DNA from: Methanocaldococcus jannaschii DSM 2661
GTDB lineage: Archaea > AGJL01 > Methanococci > Methanococcales > Methanocaldococcaceae
NCBI RefSeq assembly: GCF_000091665.1
Contig: NC_000909.1
Coordinates: 293,538 to 325,537 of the forward strand
Reading direction: 5' to 3'
Length of the DNA: 32,000 nucleotides
This document shows, piece by piece, positions 29,162-32,000 of the stretch (the first letter of the stretch is position 1; the number at the start of each line of letters is the position of its first letter). The notes under the pieces are model-generated. The model did no database searches and was not told the DNA's origin. It saw nothing but the letters and a program-made list of their open reading frames with translations. A program made the position numbers and the translations under genes.

Positions 29162-29572
29162 TTAAAACTCTGTCAATTTTTTAACACCAACAACCCTTAA
29201 ATCTTCCATGTGTTCTGGCTTGATGACAACACCAACCTCCCCATCCACAGTAATCACAGCAGGAAAATCTACATCATAATAACACTGCACATCTTTAATA
29301 TTATATCCCATTGATTTTAATATTGTCAAAGCCGCATTTACCAAATCAGGAGAATACCTAACTCCATTTTCAGCCGCATCCATGCAAAACTCAGCAATAA
29401 TCTTTGTCTTAGATTTCGTAGTCTCTGAATCATTAATATAACATTGGCACCTATTAACCAGCAACCTTCTTAATTCAGAGTTCAACCTCACTATTCCAAT
29501 TGTCCATTTCCCATTTACAACACCAGACTCTAAAACTTCCAACAACTTAGCCCTTATATCAGAATTCTCCAT
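29162..29572 (-). CDS. hypothetical protein (136 aa)
   Basis: ATG at 29572 after GGAGGTGA. Confidence 0.5.
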
Positions 29573-29641
29573 GATTTCACCTCCAAAAGTTTTGGGACTC
29601 ATTTTTTCCACCATATCATCACCAAAAAAATTTTAAAAAAA

Positions 29642-30361
29642 TTAATAAGTGATAATCACATACGACTTTCTCTTTTTAGCTTCAGCTATTACCATCTGCA
29701 AATACTTTGGCTCAATAATGTGCTTTAGTGCGTTCCTTATCGCCTTTGAAGCTAAGACAGTATATTTAAACTCCTCTCCCATTCTACCAGGACTTACCCT
29801 TTCAGCAGTACCTACCATAACGATGTTTCTCTTCAAATCCCTGACCCTACACGTTGCTATAATTTTTCCATTAACCTCTTGGAAAGTTGGGGGCTCTACC
29901 TCAATATTTCCCTGCATCCTCATTGCTTTAACAATTCCTGCCCATGAGAGAATTATCTTCTCCTTTCCTGTTTTTTTATCAGGATAAGTATATGCCAAAG
30001 GTAGATGCTCATTAGCTTCATCCAGTAACATTAAATCCTCATCCAACGAATCCATCTTTTCAATAACATCATCCAACGAATCAACCTTTTCAGCAGTTTT
30101 CTCTAAGACCACCATTGCATTGTTTGATGCCTTAACCTCAATACTATTCCCATTCTTATTCATCCTCTCCTCCTCCCTAAGCTTTTTAAATTCATCCTTA
30201 AGCTCCAAGGTTTCTAACCATTTGACAAATGCCGCACTTTCATCAATCCAATTATTATGCTCCTTTCTGATTTCTTCAACTTGCTTTTTAATCTCCTCAA
30301 CTTCAATCTCTACACCATACACATTCTTATGAGCCTTTGCAGCTAACTCATACTTGCACAT
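29642..30361 (-). CDS. hypothetical protein. The C-terminal half weakly resembles Rad52/Sak-type single-strand annealing proteins.
   Basis: GGAGGG RBS. ILSWAGIVKAMRMQG...GKIIATCRVRD...VLASKAIRNALKHI loosely follows the SSAP pattern. The N-terminal half is an acidic coiled coil. Confidence 0.5.
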   Translation of the reverse strand: MCKYELAAKAHKNVYGVEIEVEEIKKQVEEIRKEHNNWIDESAAFVKWLETLELKDEFKKLREEERMNKNGNSIEVKASNNAMVVLEKTAEKVDSLDDVIEKMDSLDEDLMLLDEANEHLPLAYTYPDKKTGKEKIILSWAGIVKAMRMQGNIEVEPPTFQEVNGKIIATCRVRDLKRNIVMVGTAERVSPGRMGEEFKYTVLASKAIRNALKHIIEPKYLQMVIAEAKKRKSYVIITY

Positions 30362-30602
30362 TCAAATCCCTCCGATTAACTTTCAACATGCCAAAATCCT
30401 TTTTCTCTCCCTCCAAAATCTGCCTCCTCAACCTTTTAAACAACTTTTTCCCAACCTTCACAACCCTAATCTTATCACTCAAACACTCAATATTCTCCCT
30501 CCTCCTCTCAAACTCATCAACATCCTTAGCCACACCAAAAGAAACAGGCTTTCCACCTAAATAAACGATAAAATAGATTTTATTTGATGAATATCGCATC
30601 AT
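30348..30602 (-). CDS. hypothetical basic protein (84 aa)
   Basis: Overlaps the downstream start by 14 nt (operon coupling). Confidence 0.5.
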   Translation of the reverse strand: MMRYSSNKIYFIVYLGGKPVSFGVAKDVDEFERRRENIECLSDKIRVVKVGKKLFKRLRRQILEGEKKDFGMLKVNRRDLNVQV

Positions 30603-30756
30603 AGCCCTCCCTCCTAATCTCAGAACATAACCTAACCCTCAGTTTCCTAATCAAATCCTCAGCTTCCTCCAACTTCAAAATCGCTCCAACAGTGTCTCCA
30701 TTATTATAATCACTCCATGCTCTTTCCAATAATTCTATAGCTTTATTTATTTGCAT
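30580..30756 (-). CDS. small hypothetical protein (58 aa), absent from the supplied ORF track
   Basis: ATG at 30756 after AGGTGA. Hand translation gives MQINKAIELLERAWSDYNNGDTVGAILKLEEAEDLIRKLRVRLCSEIRREGYDAIFIK. Overlaps the start of the next gene. Confidence 0.45.
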   Translation of the reverse strand: MQINKAIELLERAWSDYNNGDTVGAILKLEEAEDLIRKLRVRLCSEIRREGYDAIFIK

Positions 30757-30830
30757 ATTCTCACCTACAATTATTTGCTCCTAAATACCAAAAATATTTA
30801 AATAGAAAACTCGAAAAAGAAAAAATGCCT

Positions 30831-31160
30831 CTATGCAACAACTACTTGAAAAACATCTGTAGGAATCTCTTTAACTCTACCATTAACTATCTTAGATTTT
30901 GAATAAATCTCTTCCAAAAACTCTCTAACTTTCTTAGCATCCGTTTCTAAAATGCACTTAAAAGAATAATTCTCAAAACATGAGTATTTAATTTCCTTAT
31001 CGCTTAAAAACTCAAACCCCATAATCCACATTCTGCCATCGAACCTTAATAAGAACTCATTAGGATTGACACTACTAATTTTAATCTGCCTGTAACCCTT
31101 CTTAATCGCAAGTTTTATCATCTCTTTAACTTCATCTGGTGTCTTCTTAAACCTCAACAC
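30831..31160 (-). CDS. hypothetical protein (109 aa)
   Basis: GTG start after GAGGGTGG. Overlaps the upstream stop by 7 nt. Confidence 0.5.
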
Positions 31161-31417
31161 GCTTCCACCCTCAAGTTGGTTTTGGCTTTATCTCCGCTTT
31201 CAAAGCCAGCTCTCAAATCAATAATCTTATTAGGAAAATCAGTAATCATCTTAGTAATCCAATCCGCAGCTTCTTCAGCATCTCCTTTAGCCTTTATTTT
31301 AACCTCTCCACCACTGTATCTGATGATAACAAAACTCCCAACATTTGAGATTTCTTTAATCTCCTCAACATTGATTCTCTTAGTTTCACTACCTTTTTTG
31401 ACGACTAAGAACTTCAT
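31154..31417 (-). CDS. hypothetical protein (87 aa), first gene of the small-ORF block
   Basis: ATG at 31417 after GGAGGGTTGATT. Confidence 0.5.
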
Positions 31418-31490
31418 AATCAACCCTCCAAACTCTTTTAAAGCCAATAAATAGTGGGCTTCATCTCGCCCCGTCTAAAAAAATTATATT

Positions 31491-31600
31491 TGGTGGGGGA
31501 GGGGTTAATGGTGGGGGCCGTGTTTCAGGGCTTACATCACACCCAAGGGGTCCCAGCCGTTAAAGCTGGTTATCCTTGGGTGGTCATTTACCCACTTATT
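31491..31600. ncRNA. GC-rich island with nested stems, candidate structured ncRNA or regulatory element (strand unknown)
   Basis: About 60 of 110 nt are G/C by hand count, in a strongly AT-rich background. ACCCAAGG (31541-31548) pairs with CCTTGGGT (31574-31581), enclosing CCAGC-CGTTAAA-GCTGG. TGGTGGGGG occurs twice. Confidence 0.35.
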
Positions 31601-31660
31601 GGTGATATATCACTTCTTGGTGAGTAAGTATAATTAAACTAATATAAAAACCTTTCTCTC

Positions 31661-31695
31661 TAAAAAAGTTAATGGTGGATATTAAAAAAGTTAAT
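31661..31695. repeat. direct 13-bp repeat TAAAAAAGTTAAT x2, spaced 22 bp
   Basis: Copies at 31661-31673 and 31683-31695. The related GTTAATGGTGG occurs at 31504-31514 and 31668-31678. Confidence 0.7.
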
Positions 31696-31760
31696 AACAG
31701 CAAATAATAAAAACCGTAAAAATACATACTTCTCATAAAACGGTAATATATGGTGTTTAA

Positions 31761-31988
31761 ATGAAAGAAAAACAGAAGATATTTTTTGATGCGATTTTTG
31801 ATATTTTTAAAATAATATTTGGGTATGAGGTTGTATTTGCTGGAGCAACAATTTTGCAGACATCTTCAGGAGCTATCCCTATAAAAACAGGCTCTATTTT
31901 ATTAGTTGGAGATATTGTATTTATTATACTAACACTCCTAACTTTTGGAACTGTGCTTTATGATGCCTACCTAAAAATTGAAGATTAA
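31761..31988 (+). CDS. small 2-TM membrane protein (75 aa)
   Basis: Hydrophobic segments IFFDAIFDIFKIIFGYEVVFAGATIL and ILLVGDIVFIILTLLTFGTVL. Confidence 0.45.
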   Translation: MKEKQKIFFDAIFDIFKIIFGYEVVFAGATILQTSSGAIPIKTGSILLVGDIVFIILTLLTFGTVLYDAYLKIED

Positions 31989-32000
31989 TCAGAGCCAAAT

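Larger units (their letters stand above)
10545..31760. mobile_element. integrated head-tail (Caudoviricetes-like) provirus abutting the tRNA-Ser 3' end. The right boundary is unresolved and may extend past the window.
   Basis: Contiguous TerL, portal/MuF, HK97-gp10-like, S78-type prohead protease, capsid, connector, tail, chaperone, tape measure and fibre genes, plus a block of small ORFs. It starts immediately 3' of a tRNA. Confidence 0.85.

Noticed and set aside
31453-31473. AGTGGGCTTCATCTCGCCCCGTC resembles the tRNA-Ser variable arm (AGTGGGGCTTTGCCCCGCC) and could be an att remnant
   Set aside because: Only the short GC stem halves match. The loop differs, and no flanking tRNA sequence (T arm or acceptor) follows. 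It is more simply a 5'-UTR hairpin (GGGC...GCCC) of the minus-strand operon starting at 31417.
1-32000. CRISPR arrays or other long dispersed repeats
   Set aside because: I saw no regularly spaced direct repeats of 24-40 bp anywhere in the window. The only tandem repeats are the in-frame tape-measure repeat and the short motifs at 31.5-31.7 kb.

Overview
AT-rich archaeal chromosome segment. Gene content is typical of a hyperthermophilic Methanococcales methanogen, and from memory resembles the Methanocaldococcus jannaschii EF-1alpha region (not verifiable here). Positions 1-10.4 kb carry host core genes: a free-standing LAGLIDADG endonuclease-like gene, the pyruvoyl enzymes SpeH and PdaD, the methanogenesis enzyme Ftr, an EngB GTPase, ribosomal protein S10 with EF-1alpha, an EF-Tu-like paralog with a degenerate G domain, a nucleobase permease and a NifX-like protein. 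A tRNA-Ser(UGA) lies at 10455-10544. From just downstream of it to at least ~31.7 kb lies a ~21 kb head-tail (Caudoviricetes-like) provirus. One minus-strand operon (16130->10775) encodes an HTH protein, an HK97-gp10-like protein, the large terminase and a portal/MuF fusion. A divergent plus-strand operon (16276->28458) encodes a prohead protease-scaffold, capsid, connector and tail genes, tape measure and fibre/baseplate genes. A third, minus-strand block of nine small unrecognisable ORFs (31417->28510) follows. No integrase or att duplication is visible in the window, so the right boundary is unresolved. Points worth a second look: a predicted +1 (not -1) frameshift in the tail chaperone at UUU-CGC; a GC-rich, repeat-dense 310-bp intergenic region at 31.45-31.76 kb (candidate ncRNA, origin or regulatory hub); G-rich imperfect inverted repeats at both edges of the element; a membrane protein wedged between chaperone and tape measure; an N-X-S/T sequon-rich tail protein; an in-frame TGA in the LAGLIDADG gene; and the pseudo-GTPase EF-Tu paralog beside tuf.
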